Part shown: positions 8,587-18,011 of the stretch, one piece after another
Layout of the letters: each line of letters opens with the position of its first letter
How positions within the stretch are numbered: position 1 is the stretch's first letter
Origin: Nibricoccus sp.
GTDB lineage: Bacteria > Verrucomicrobiota > Verrucomicrobiia > Opitutales > Opitutaceae
DNA: 64,000 nt
Reading direction: 5' to 3'
Assembly: GCA_047602425.1 (NCBI GenBank)
Contig: JASGHG010000001.1
Coordinates: 3,040,001 to 3,104,000, forward strand
Translations under genes and position numbers: made by a program
The notes under the pieces: generated by a model
Told to the model about the DNA's origin: nothing
The model's input: the letters and a program-made list of their open reading frames with translations, nothing else
The model's database searches: none

Positions 8587-9690
8587 ATGTCCTCTCCTGC
8601 CAATTTAGCTCTTCCACACGTCGCCAAGCTCCATGCTTACACGCCTGGGCTTCAGCCGAATGAAGCGGGGTGGGTGAAGCTCAATACCAACGAGTGTCCG
8701 TATCCGCCGAGTCCGAAGGTTGCCGAAGCGTTGCGGGTCGAGATCGGCGTGGCGGGCGAATCGCTGCGGCTTTATCCGAACCCGACCAGCGCGGCGTTGC
8801 GAAAGGTGGTGGCCGAGCATCACGGACACGGATTGCGCGCGGAAAATGTGTGTGTGGGCAATGGTTCGGATGATATTCTCAACCTGCTCGTGCGCGCGTT
8901 TTGCACGCAGACGGTGCCACTCGGTTTCACGATGCCGAGCTATTCGCTTTATCCGGTGCTCGTCGAAATTCAGGACGGTCGCACGGAGGTGATCGAGTTC
9001 GATCGCTCGATGAAGTTGCCGCTGGCGCGCATCGCGGCGTCGAAGTCGCGCGCGTTTTTTCTGACGTCGCCGAATGCGCCGACGGGCGTGGGTTTCAGCC
9101 GCGCGGAAATCGAAGAAGCGGCGAAAGTGTTTAGAGGCCTGTTCGTCGTGGACGAAGCGTATGCGCTGTTCGCCGAGGAGGACGCGGTGCCGTTGCTCGC
9201 GAAGTATCAGAATATCGTCGTGGTGCGGACGCTTTCTAAAGCCTACGCGCTGGCGGGTATCCGCATTGGTTACGCGCTTGCCCATCCCGAGGTAATCGAC
9301 GTGCTCGACCGCGTGCGCGACAGCTACAACACCAGCCGGCTTTCGCAGGTGGCGGCAATCGCGGCGATCGGCGATCAGGCTTACTACCGCGAGGTGGTCG
9401 CGAAAATCAAAACCACGCGCGATCGCTACGTGAAAACCTGGAGCGGGTTGGGCTGGTTCACTTACCCGTCGCAGACGAACTTCATTTTCACCGAACCGCG
9501 CAATGCCAGAGGCGAAGCGGGTCCGGCGGTCGCTAAAGCGGCCTACGACTACCTTTATGCGAACAAGGTGTTGGTCCGGTACTTTGCGAGCCATGCCTTG
9601 ACCGCGTCGTTCCTCCGTATCAGCGTGGGCACCGACGCCGAAATGGCCGTCCTTAACCAATCGCTCGAAGCATGGCGCAAAATCGCATAG
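8587..9690 (+). CDS. hisC: Histidinol-phosphate aminotransferase
   Basis: [41 protein letters not shown]. Confidence 0.96.
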   Translation: MSSPANLALPHVAKLHAYTPGLQPNEAGWVKLNTNECPYPPSPKVAEALRVEIGVAGESLRLYPNPTSAALRKVVAEHHGHGLRAENVCVGNGSDDILNLLVRAFCTQTVPLGFTMPSYSLYPVLVEIQDGRTEVIEFDRSMKLPLARIAASKSRAFFLTSPNAPTGVGFSRAEIEEAAKVFRGLFVVDEAYALFAEEDAVPLLAKYQNIVVVRTLSKAYALAGIRIGYALAHPEVIDVLDRVRDSYNTSRLSQVAAIAAIGDQAYYREVVAKIKTTRDRYVKTWSGLGWFTYPSQTNFIFTEPRNARGEAGPAVAKAAYDYLYANKVLVRYFASHALTASFLRISVGTDAEMAVLNQSLEAWRKIA

Positions 9691-10268
9691 CAACCATCAA
9701 GCGGAAAACCGCTGAAACCGACATCACCCTCACGCTCGACGTCGACGGTCGTGGTGTCTCGAACATTTCCACAGGCGTGCCGTTCTTCGATCACATGCTC
9801 ACGCTGTTCGCGAAGCATGGGTTGTTCGATTTGCATGTCGATGCGAAGGGCGACGTGGCGGTGGATTATCACCACACGGTCGAGGATGTCGGCATCGTGC
9901 TGGGCGAGGCGTTCAAGCAGGCGCTCGGCGACAAGCTCGGCATTCGCCGTTATGGATTTTTCATTTTGCCGATGGACGAATCGCTCGCCCGCGTGGTGAT
10001 CGATATCGGCGGACGTCCGCACCTCGTTTACGAAGCCGAGGCGCCGACCATGTTTGTACGCGATTTCAACATCGTCCTCGTGAAGGAATTTGCCCGCGCG
10101 TTCAGCAACGCGCTCGGGGCCAACCTGCACGTGAAGCTCGAATACGGCGAAGAGCCGCATCACGTCGCCGAGGCAATCTTCAAAGCCCTCGCGCGTGCCC
10201 TCGACGTGGCGACTCAGATCGATCCCCGCACGGCCGGCCAGTTGCCGAGCACGAAGGGGAAAATCTGA
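9672..10268 (+). CDS. hisB: Imidazoleglycerol-phosphate dehydratase (monofunctional)
   Basis: [36 protein letters not shown]. Confidence 0.97.
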   Translation: MAQNRIATIKRKTAETDITLTLDVDGRGVSNISTGVPFFDHMLTLFAKHGLFDLHVDAKGDVAVDYHHTVEDVGIVLGEAFKQALGDKLGIRRYGFFILPMDESLARVVIDIGGRPHLVYEAEAPTMFVRDFNIVLVKEFARAFSNALGANLHVKLEYGEEPHHVAEAIFKALARALDVATQIDPRTAGQLPSTKGKI

Positions 10269-10310
10269 TTCGGGCTCAACGACAGGGTTCTGTGCGCGGG
10301 GTTTCTCACC

Positions 10311-10349
10311 TTAAGCGTTGAACGTTGAGCGTTGAGCGTTGAATGTTGG
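10311..10349. repeat. Heptamer tandem array (TTGAGCG consensus)
   Basis: ttaagcg-ttgaacg-ttgagcg-ttgagcg-ttgaatg-ttgg, 10 nt before the hisH GTG. Confidence 0.9.
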
Positions 10350-10359
10350 TTTTTCTCTC

Positions 10360-11001
10360 GTGAAAACCGCACCTGTCATCGCCGTCATCGACAACGGCAT
10401 TTGCAACCTCCGCAGCGTGACCAAGGCCTTGGAGGTCGTCGGGGCGCAGCCCAAGGTCGTGCAAACGCCCGCTGAAATCGGCAACGTGGCAGGATTGGTT
10501 TTGCCCGGGGTGGGGGCCTTGGGCGATTGCGTGGCTGCGCTGCGTACGACGAAGCTCGACGACACCGTGCGCGGTTGGATTCGCGAAGACCGGCCTTTTC
10601 TCGGCGTGTGTCTCGGGATGCAGGCGCTGTTCGAATTTTCCGAGGAGGGTAACATCACGGGTCTTGGCATATTTCCCGGCAAAGTGACGCGTTTCCGCCG
10701 TCCGCCGGAGTACAAAATTCCGCACATGGGCTGGAATGGCATTACCTTTAAGCAGGCCAATTCTCCGCTCGCCGCACAGCTCAAGCCGGAGGGGGAGGCG
10801 TTCTATTTTGTCCACAGTTTTCATTGTACGCCGGCTGATCCGGCGCTGGTTCTGGCCGAGGCGGACTATGGCGGCTCCTTCACGGCGGCGATCGGTCGCG
10901 GTCGCTGCTTTGCAACGCAATTCCATCCGGAAAAGAGCCAGGCCAAGGGTCTTCAGATCTACCGCAATTTCACCGAGATCGCTGCTGGCGTGCTGAAATA
11001 A
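10360..11001 (+). CDS. hisH: Imidazole glycerol phosphate synthase, glutamine amidotransferase subunit
   Basis: LPGVGA, GVCLGMQ, PHMGWN, YFVHS, QFHPEKS. Confidence 0.96.
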   Translation: MKTAPVIAVIDNGICNLRSVTKALEVVGAQPKVVQTPAEIGNVAGLVLPGVGALGDCVAALRTTKLDDTVRGWIREDRPFLGVCLGMQALFEFSEEGNITGLGIFPGKVTRFRRPPEYKIPHMGWNGITFKQANSPLAAQLKPEGEAFYFVHSFHCTPADPALVLAEADYGGSFTAAIGRGRCFATQFHPEKSQAKGLQIYRNFTEIAAGVLK

Positions 11002-11154
11002 GTTGGCTGGCGGATGCCGGGGTATCGCTTGCTGTGGCAGCTTTTTGGGGTGGCCCGGCTTGTTAAAGTTTGGGGCGGGCAACAGTTTTTCTAACGTTGT
11101 GCGGATTTTCTGTTTAGAAACGCTAAGGACGTAACGCAAAAAACCATCTTTGCT

Positions 11155-11184
11155 TTGCCAGTGGCGGAACTTTGGATCCATATT
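11155..11184 (+). promoter_or_regulatory. Putative promoter of gltA (possibly leaderless mRNA)
   Basis: TTGCCA-N18-CATATT, with the ATG 6 nt downstream. Confidence 0.45.
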
Positions 11185-11190
11185 CGTCGC

Positions 11191-12492
11191 ATGCCCAAAA
11201 CCGCCCTTCTTAAGCTAGATGACAAGGAAATCGCCCTGCCTGTAATCGTCGGTTCCGAGGGTGAAAAGGCTGTCGATATTGCCAAGCTGCGTTCCGATAC
11301 CGGCTACATTACCTACGACGATGGGTTCGGCAACACCGGCTCCTGCACGAGCAGCATCACTTTCATCGACGGCGACGTCGGTATTCTCCGTTATCGCGGT
11401 TATCCGATCGAGCAACTCGCCGAAAAGTCCTCTTTCGTCGAATGCGCCTACCTCGTGATTTATGGCGAGCTTCCCACGGCGGAGCAGCGCGCGACATTTT
11501 CCCGTTTGCTAACCAAGCACGCTCCGCTGCACGAAGGCATGACGCGCTTTCTCAGCAGCTTCCCGCGCGATTCGCATCCAATGGCGGTTTTGTCCGCGGG
11601 CATCAACTCGCTCGGCGCCTACTATCCTTATCTCGCAACCAATAACCATCAGCAAGATTTGGAGCGGTTCGACGAAGCGGCCGCCATCGCCATTTCGAAG
11701 GTCCGCACGATCACCGCGCACACTTACCGCGTCACCCGCGGCCTGCCGTTCAACTATCCGCGTCCGAATTACGGCTATTGCGAGAACTTCCTGCATCTCA
11801 TGTTCTCGGAGCCATACAACGAGTACATCCCGACCCAGGAAGTCGCTTCCGCGCTAAACCTTTTCCTCCTTCTTCACGCCGATCACGAGCAGAACTGCTC
11901 CACTTCGACCGTGAAAATGGTCGGATCCTCCGGCGCCAATCTCTTCGCTTCCGTCTCCGCTGGCGTCAACGCCCTCTGGGGTCCGCTCCACGGCGGTGCC
12001 AACATGGCGGTGATCGAAATGCTCAAGAGCATTCACGCCGAAGGCGACGACGGTACGAAATTCATTGCCGCCGCGAAATCCGGCAAGGGCGACCACCGGC
12101 TCATGGGTTTCGGCCATCGTGTTTATAAAAACTACGATCCGCGCGCCAAAATTATCAAAGCCAGCTTCTACAAGGCCCTCGCCAGCCTCGGCATCAAGGA
12201 CGATCCGCTCCTCAACATCGCGATGAAGCTGGAGGAATGCGCGCTCAGCGACGACTATTTCATCTCGCGCAAGCTCTATCCGAACGTCGACTTCTATTCC
12301 GGTTTGATCATGCGTGCGATCGGCCTCCCGGAAAATATGTTCACCGTCATGTTCGCCATCGGTCGCATGCCCGGTTGGATTGCCCAGTGGCGCGAAGTTG
12401 CGATCAATCCGAAACTCAAGATCTATCGTCCGCGTCAAATCTATACCGGCAAAACGGTGCGCGACTACGTCGGGGTCGACCAGCGCAAGTAA
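11191..12492 (+). CDS. gltA: Citrate synthase
   Basis: [40 protein letters not shown]. Confidence 0.98.
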   Translation: MPKTALLKLDDKEIALPVIVGSEGEKAVDIAKLRSDTGYITYDDGFGNTGSCTSSITFIDGDVGILRYRGYPIEQLAEKSSFVECAYLVIYGELPTAEQRATFSRLLTKHAPLHEGMTRFLSSFPRDSHPMAVLSAGINSLGAYYPYLATNNHQQDLERFDEAAAIAISKVRTITAHTYRVTRGLPFNYPRPNYGYCENFLHLMFSEPYNEYIPTQEVASALNLFLLLHADHEQNCSTSTVKMVGSSGANLFASVSAGVNALWGPLHGGANMAVIEMLKSIHAEGDDGTKFIAAAKSGKGDHRLMGFGHRVYKNYDPRAKIIKASFYKALASLGIKDDPLLNIAMKLEECALSDDYFISRKLYPNVDFYSGLIMRAIGLPENMFTVMFAIGRMPGWIAQWREVAINPKLKIYRPRQIYTGKTVRDYVGVDQRK

Positions 12493-12512
12493 CCGCTCCG
12501 CGGCGCGCGCCG

Positions 12513-13271
12513 TTATTCCACTTTCGATCCGAGCTGGGTTTCGACCGGCTCGGATTTTTTTTGCGCAGGCGGCGGTCCGCCACGGAAAATCTCGTCCATG
12601 GTTAGACCGGTGAGAAGTTCGATGCCTTTGATCATGCGCCAAAACACGACCATCATCATGGCAACGGCGGGCACGGCCATCACGAGCATGCCGATTGAGT
12701 GCATCTTGCCGAGTTCGGCATTGAATTCCGGAGTGCCCGGCGCACTGCGAATCAGCCAGCGCGCGGTGGCAAAATTGATCGCCGCGCTCACGAAAAACGT
12801 CACGGCCAGCGCACAACTTGCCCGAACCATCAACCGGTCAAAAGCCGGACGGGCATCGCGCTCTGCCAACGCGGTGTCCACACGCGGCACGTCGACCAGT
12901 TGTTCGTTGAAAAGAAGTTCCCGTATGAGTGGCTGCTTTGATCTTAACGAGAGAAGCACGGAAATGCCGATGATGGACGGCATCACGGCGTCCTTTACCG
13001 CGAAAGCGAAGCCGTTTGCCTTGATCAACCCCATCACGCCGCTCGCCAGCACGCTGACGAACCCGATGATAGAGATAAAATTCATCTTCCTTCTCGTCGC
13101 GAAATCCCAGATGCCGTAGCACACCGGGAACAGCACCGCCACAATCAAGCCCCAGAGAGGCCCGAGGTATTTGTCCTTGCTGAAAATTGTCAGCAGCAAC
13201 GTCGGCAGCACGATATTGCAAACGAGGTTGAGCAGCAGGCTTTCGTGTTTCTGTGGCTTCGGTTGAGACAT
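12513..13271 (-). CDS. VC0807-like integral membrane protein
   Basis: NLVCNIVLPTLLL, PVCYGIWDF, F.FAVKDA..P, EFNAELGKM; about 6 TM segments. Confidence 0.75.
   Translation of the reverse strand: MSQPKPQKHESLLLNLVCNIVLPTLLLTIFSKDKYLGPLWGLIVAVLFPVCYGIWDFATRRKMNFISIIGFVSVLASGVMGLIKANGFAFAVKDAVMPSIIGISVLLSLRSKQPLIRELLFNEQLVDVPRVDTALAERDARPAFDRLMVRASCALAVTFFVSAAINFATARWLIRSAPGTPEFNAELGKMHSIGMLVMAVPAVAMMMVVFWRMIKGIELLTGLTMDEIFRGGPPPAQKKSEPVETQLGSKVE
12527..12562 (+). terminator. Intrinsic terminator of gltA (overlaps the 3' end of the convergent gene)
   Basis: ATCCGAGCTGG-loop-CCGGCTCGGAT followed by a T-run. Confidence 0.8.
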
Positions 13272-13369
13272 GTGAAGGGCAAGTTGAACAGGTAAGTTGA
13301 CCCGGCCGAAAGGCAAAAGTCTCACGATTTACTGTTTCCCTGATCGCAACAATTGGTATTCCTAGGGGC

Positions 13370-14113
13370 ATGATTCTCCTCGGCGTCAATATCGACCACT
13401 GCGCCACGCTCCGACAGGCGCGCTATCGGCAGTCTCCCATAACCGTTGGCGGCCCGGTGGAACCGGATCCGATCACGCTCGCCCTTCTCTCCGAACGCGC
13501 CGGCGCCGACGGCATCACGGTTCACCTCCGCGAAGACCGTCGTCACATTCAGGACCGCGATGTGGTCCGGCTGCGCGAAACCATTTCCACCCGCCTCAAT
13601 CTCGAAATGGCCTGCACCCCGGACATGATCGAATATGCGCTTAAATTGAAGCCCGACTCGGTCTGTCTTGTGCCCGAAAACCGGCAGGAAATCACCACCG
13701 AGGGAGGGCTCGACATCGTGCGCAACAGGGCTCGCGTGAAAACCTGCATCGATGCGATGAAGGCCGCCGGAATCAAGACGAGCCTTTTTATCGATGCCGA
13801 CGAAGAGCAGATCAGACTCTCCGCCAAGCTTGGCGCGCCGTGGATCGAACTCCACACGGGCGCTTACGCCAATGCCTACCACAAATCGACCCGGGCGAAA
13901 CAATTTGAACGTCTCCGCGTCGGCGCCGCTCTCGCGCACGAACTCGGTCTCATCGTCAACGCGGGCCATGGCATCAGTTACGTCAACATCGCTGAAATCC
14001 GAACCATCCCACATCTCCACGAACTCAACATTGGGCACAGCATCATCAGTCGCGCTCTTTTCACCGGCATCGAGGAAGCCGTCCGCGAAATGAAAGCGCG
14101 GATGAATGCCTAG
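13370..14113 (+). CDS. pdxJ: Pyridoxine 5'-phosphate synthase
   Basis: LGVNIDH, GITVHLREDRRHIQ, TTEGGLD, ELNIGHSII. Confidence 0.98.
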   Translation: MILLGVNIDHCATLRQARYRQSPITVGGPVEPDPITLALLSERAGADGITVHLREDRRHIQDRDVVRLRETISTRLNLEMACTPDMIEYALKLKPDSVCLVPENRQEITTEGGLDIVRNRARVKTCIDAMKAAGIKTSLFIDADEEQIRLSAKLGAPWIELHTGAYANAYHKSTRAKQFERLRVGAALAHELGLIVNAGHGISYVNIAEIRTIPHLHELNIGHSIISRALFTGIEEAVREMKARMNA

Positions 14114-14134
14114 AGCTGGAGAGTCCGGATTTTA

Positions 14135-14284
14135 GCCAGAGGACACAGAGCTATGACACAGAGATCACAGAGAGTCAAAGACTGCCTAGATCAAAGAACT
14201 ATCAACGTCGCTCAGCATGATGGATTCTGAATCAACCAGCGATCCTCTGTGTACTCTGTGTCATAGCTCCGTGTTCTCTGTGGC
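14135..14284. repeat. ~40-bp inverted repeat built of CACAGAG units
   Basis: gccagaggacacagagctatgacacagagatcacagag vs ctctgtgtactctgtgtcatagctccgtgttctctgtggc. Confidence 0.9.
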
Positions 14285-14313
14285 CCACTCCGATTTTCTT
14301 AACTGAATCGCGC

Positions 14314-14721
14314 ATGAACATCCAACTTCCTCCCGGTGGCATCCTGGTCGGCCTGGGTGCCGACATCGTCGATGTGGAGCGCATTCGCGGTGTGCTTGAG
14401 CGGCAGGGCGATCGTTTTCTCGACCGCGTGTTCACCGATGAAGAGCGTGCCTATTGTTTCGGCATGAAGAATCCGCATCCCCATCTCGCCGCACGTTTCG
14501 CCGCGAAGGAAGCCGTGGCGAAGACTTTCACGACGGGTATTGGCGCCGAACTCGGCTGGAAATCCATTTCGATTTATCACGGAGATCGTAGGGAACCGTT
14601 GGTTCGGCTCGACGAAAAAGGACGGGCGCTGCTCGCCCAGGTTGGAGCCACGAACATTCTGCTCACGCTTTCTCACACCGAAACCGCGGCCATGGCTGTT
14701 GCCGCATTGATCAAATCATAA
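14314..14721 (+). CDS. acpS: Holo-ACP synthase
   Basis: GLGADIVDVERI, LAARFAAKEAVAK, LSH. Confidence 0.96.
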   Translation: MNIQLPPGGILVGLGADIVDVERIRGVLERQGDRFLDRVFTDEERAYCFGMKNPHPHLAARFAAKEAVAKTFTTGIGAELGWKSISIYHGDRREPLVRLDEKGRALLAQVGATNILLTLSHTETAAMAVAALIKS

Positions 14722-14729
14722 ACCAAATC

Positions 14730-15236
14730 GTGTCCGATTCCCCCTCCACCCCGAAATCCAAGCTTTCCACCACGCCGTCGTGGATCATGGTGGGCTTTAT
14801 TGTTGGCGCGTTGTTTGCGACCGGCGTGCATCGTGAAGTCGAGCGAAGGAACCAGTTGAAACAGCCACCGGTCCCAGCGCGTCCGCCGGTTAAAATCGAG
14901 AGGCCGAAGTCGATTTCCGCGCTCAAAGAACGCACAAGTCTCTCCGCGATCGAGAATATTTTCACGCAGTACGATGAGCACGCGATTTGGCGCAACGATC
15001 TCACCGAAGTCGCGCTCTGGAACGCCGAGACCAACCAGTTCACCGAATGCTTCGAGGTCATGCGCAGTGGCGACTATTTTTACTACCGCACGATTCCAGC
15101 CCTCACGCGTCCGGTCCGGAGACCGAATCCCGCTCCGGATTTGCCTCTGCGTTACACTGAGCCGGAGGACGAACAGTTGAAACGTCTCCAGCAACAATCC
15201 ACCTGGCTCCCGCCTTCAACCGATCCAAATCGCTAA
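14730..15236 (+). CDS. Hypothetical membrane-anchored protein
   Basis: Fills the gap tightly (8 nt after acpS, 5 nt before nnr); one N-terminal TM segment followed by a Pro-rich linker. Confidence 0.7.
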   Translation: MSDSPSTPKSKLSTTPSWIMVGFIVGALFATGVHREVERRNQLKQPPVPARPPVKIERPKSISALKERTSLSAIENIFTQYDEHAIWRNDLTEVALWNAETNQFTECFEVMRSGDYFYYRTIPALTRPVRRPNPAPDLPLRYTEPEDEQLKRLQQQSTWLPPSTDPNR

Positions 15237-15241
15237 ACGCA

Positions 15242-16774
15242 ATGGGCTCCATTCCCAGCCATCCGGTTCTTTCGCTCGAAGACGCGAAGCGCTTCGAGGA
15301 TGGACTCTTTGGCGGAGACGAGGCGAAGGAATGGATGGCGATGTTGCAAGCCGGACGCGCGGTCGGCGAGGCGGCTGTCGCCGACTTTGCCGAGATTGGC
15401 CGGTTCCCCCCGGACGGCTATTTGCTGGTGCTGGTGGGCAAAGGCCACAACGGCGGCGACGCCCTGCTTGCGGCAAAAAAGATTCTCGAACAATACCCCG
15501 CGGCGCAGGCCGATGTCTGGTTGCTCTTCGGCGAACGCGAACTCCGTCCCCTTGCCGCGCGTGCCTACCGCGAACTTGTCCAATTTTTTCCAACTCGCGT
15601 ACGTCTCATAAACCGCATCGAGGCTCTCGCGGAGAGTTATGACCTTTCGCTCGACGGTGTTTTTGGCTTTCAATTTCGTCCTCCGCTTGCGTCCCAGCTC
15701 AGCGAGCTTTTTGGGCATCTCAACGGTCATCCAATTCGCTTTCGCGCTGCGGTCGACCTGCCGAGCGGGCTTGGCGATAGCCATGCGTTGCGGGCGGATT
15801 TCACCTACGCGACAGGCAGTGTGAAAACGCCCCTTTTGGCGGAAACGAGCCAGTCTATCGTTGGGCGTTTGCGGTATTTGGATCTTGGATTTTTTTTGGA
15901 GAAAGAACGCGTTACCCCTCACCCGCCTTCAGCTGAATCCTCCGGGAATTTTGTCGTCACGAGAGAAATCCTTGCACCGCTTTGCCGCTTGCGCCTGTCG
16001 GTGTCTGATAAACGTATATACGGACACGTTTTCATTCTAGGCGGTTCGCGCAACTACCCCGGTGCGGTGCTCATGAGCGTATTGGCCGCGGTGCGCAGCG
16101 GAGTGGGTTTGGTCACGGCGTTTGTGCCGGAGTCGATGGTTTCGGCTTTTGCTGCACGTGTACCCGAAGCAATCTGGGTGGGCTGGCCGGAAACGCCCGA
16201 AGGCGGGCTGGCCTTGGAGGGACTTCATATCCTCCGGGAACGGCTCGACCGTGCCAGTGCGTTGCTCCTTGGCCCGGGCATCGGGCGCGAGCCTGAGACA
16301 CTGGCGCTCATGGCGGACGTTTCCAAGGCATCTTCGGTGCCGCTCGTAATCGATGCCGACGCCTTGCAACCAGAGATCATACGAGCTGGTTCGGTGAGGC
16401 GTATCCTGACGCCTCATGCAGGGGAATATCTGCGCATTGCCGGCGCCGCGCCGCTGATGGAGTTTTCCCGGGCGGCAAAAGCCGTGACGGTGCTGAAAGG
16501 CCCGCTGACCCGCATCAGCGACGGTTTAGCGGTTTATCACAGTTGCGCAGGCGGACCGGTCCTGGCTCGGGGCGGGAGCGGCGATATTCTTGCGGGATTG
16601 ATGGGTGGTTTGCTGGCGCAGGCGCCCTCTGAGCTCTTGTCCGCCGCCTGCCGCGGCGTGGCCTGGCAGGGGAGGGCAGCGGATCTGCTGGCACGCAAGC
16701 ACGGCCAAGTCGCGGTGCAGACCACGCGAATCCTGGATTTTCTGGCGGACGCCTTGCGGCACGAGGGACCATGA
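15242..16774 (+). CDS. nnr: Bifunctional NAD(P)H-hydrate epimerase/dehydratase (YjeF)
   Basis: GKGHNGGDA, AVDLPSG, GGSRNYPGA, IDADAL, LTPHAGE, GGSGDILAG. Confidence 0.92.
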   Translation: MGSIPSHPVLSLEDAKRFEDGLFGGDEAKEWMAMLQAGRAVGEAAVADFAEIGRFPPDGYLLVLVGKGHNGGDALLAAKKILEQYPAAQADVWLLFGERELRPLAARAYRELVQFFPTRVRLINRIEALAESYDLSLDGVFGFQFRPPLASQLSELFGHLNGHPIRFRAAVDLPSGLGDSHALRADFTYATGSVKTPLLAETSQSIVGRLRYLDLGFFLEKERVTPHPPSAESSGNFVVTREILAPLCRLRLSVSDKRIYGHVFILGGSRNYPGAVLMSVLAAVRSGVGLVTAFVPESMVSAFAARVPEAIWVGWPETPEGGLALEGLHILRERLDRASALLLGPGIGREPETLALMADVSKASSVPLVIDADALQPEIIRAGSVRRILTPHAGEYLRIAGAAPLMEFSRAAKAVTVLKGPLTRISDGLAVYHSCAGGPVLARGGSGDILAGLMGGLLAQAPSELLSAACRGVAWQGRAADLLARKHGQVAVQTTRILDFLADALRHEGP

Positions 16775-17901
16775 CCAACGACACACTCACCGAACAACAA
16801 GCCCTTCTTATTCTGAATGCTCTGCCCAACATTGGGCCGATCACGACCAACCGGTTGCTTGCCGAACTCGGTGGCGATTCACGCGCGATTTTCGACGCGT
16901 CGTCGAAGCGGCTGGAATCCGTTAAAGGTGTCGGCCCTGCGATCAGCGGCACCATCGCCAACTGGCGCGAGCATTTCGACCTCGCGCGCGAAGAGGAGCG
17001 CATGGCGAAGAGTGGCGCGACCTTCATCACGGCTCGCGATGCGGGTTATCCGAAACTTTTAAAAGAGATAAGCGATCCGCCCATCGGTCTGTATCGAAAG
17101 GGTCAGTACGATTTCGCGCAGCCATGCATTGCGATCGTTGGCAGTCGGCGGACGACTTTGTACGGGCAGAGTGTGGCAAAAAAGTTTGGCGCCGAACTGG
17201 CGCGGCTGGGCTTTTGCATCGTGAGCGGACTTGCTCGTGGCATCGACACTGCCGCACACGAAGGCGCGCTGTCGGTCGGCGGGAAGACTGCGGCCGTGAT
17301 GGGCTGTGGCATCGATATTGTTTACCCGCCGGAAAACCTGGCGCTTTACCGACAGATTGAAGAACAAGGTGCCATTGTCTCTGAGTTTTCGTTCGGCCGA
17401 CGCGCTGACCGCCAATCGTTTCCCATGCGCAATCGCGTCGTCGCCGGCATGTGCGAGGCGATCGTAGTGGTTGAAACCGATGTGGCAGGCGGTTCGATGA
17501 TCACCGCAAAGTTTGCGGGCGAACAGGGACGGCTGATCTTCGCCGTGCCTGGCCGCATCGATCAGGCAACGAGCCAGGGCTGTCACCAATTGATCCGCGA
17601 TGGGGCGACGTTGCTTACGAGTGTGGACGATATTTTGTCGGAGTTAAATTATCTCGACGGACTGCGCCCCCAGCCGATCCCGACCAAAGAGGGCGAACAT
17701 CGAGACGATGCTGCGCCGGCAAAGTTGACTGAAAGCGAAGCCGCGGTTTTGGAGCAGTTTCGCGGAGGTGCGATTGTGACGCTCGATATGCTTGCCGGCC
17801 AAACGGGCCGCTCGGTCTCCGAACTCTCAGCGACCTTGATGATGCTCGAGCTCAAACGCCTGATCGCGAAACGTTCTGATGGCGCCTTTGAGGCCCGTTG
17901 A
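16771..17901 (+). CDS. dprA: DNA-processing protein DprA
   Basis: AIVGSR, VSGLARGIDTAAH, FPMRNRVVAG, GCHQLIRDGA, C-terminal wHTH. Confidence 0.97.
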   Translation: MTNDTLTEQQALLILNALPNIGPITTNRLLAELGGDSRAIFDASSKRLESVKGVGPAISGTIANWREHFDLAREEERMAKSGATFITARDAGYPKLLKEISDPPIGLYRKGQYDFAQPCIAIVGSRRTTLYGQSVAKKFGAELARLGFCIVSGLARGIDTAAHEGALSVGGKTAAVMGCGIDIVYPPENLALYRQIEEQGAIVSEFSFGRRADRQSFPMRNRVVAGMCEAIVVVETDVAGGSMITAKFAGEQGRLIFAVPGRIDQATSQGCHQLIRDGATLLTSVDDILSELNYLDGLRPQPIPTKEGEHRDDAAPAKLTESEAAVLEQFRGGAIVTLDMLAGQTGRSVSELSATLMMLELKRLIAKRSDGAFEAR

Positions 17902-17973
17902 AAACTCGTAATGTTAAGGAGCTGTTGAGCGCGCGATCCGATTGGCAATCGGACTGTACAACGTTGCGGCCAT

Positions 17974-18002
17974 TTGCGTGTCACCTTGGGGTGGGATAAA
18001 GT
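17974..18002 (+). promoter_or_regulatory. Putative promoter of the aldo/keto reductase
   Basis: TTGCGT-N17-TAAAGT, 9 nt before the GTG. Confidence 0.45.
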
Positions 18003-18011
18003 CGGACCACC

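Noticed and set aside
5671..9693. Long antisense ORFs opposite guaA, hisD and hisC
   Set aside because: They mirror well-supported genes codon for codon and have no protein-like features.
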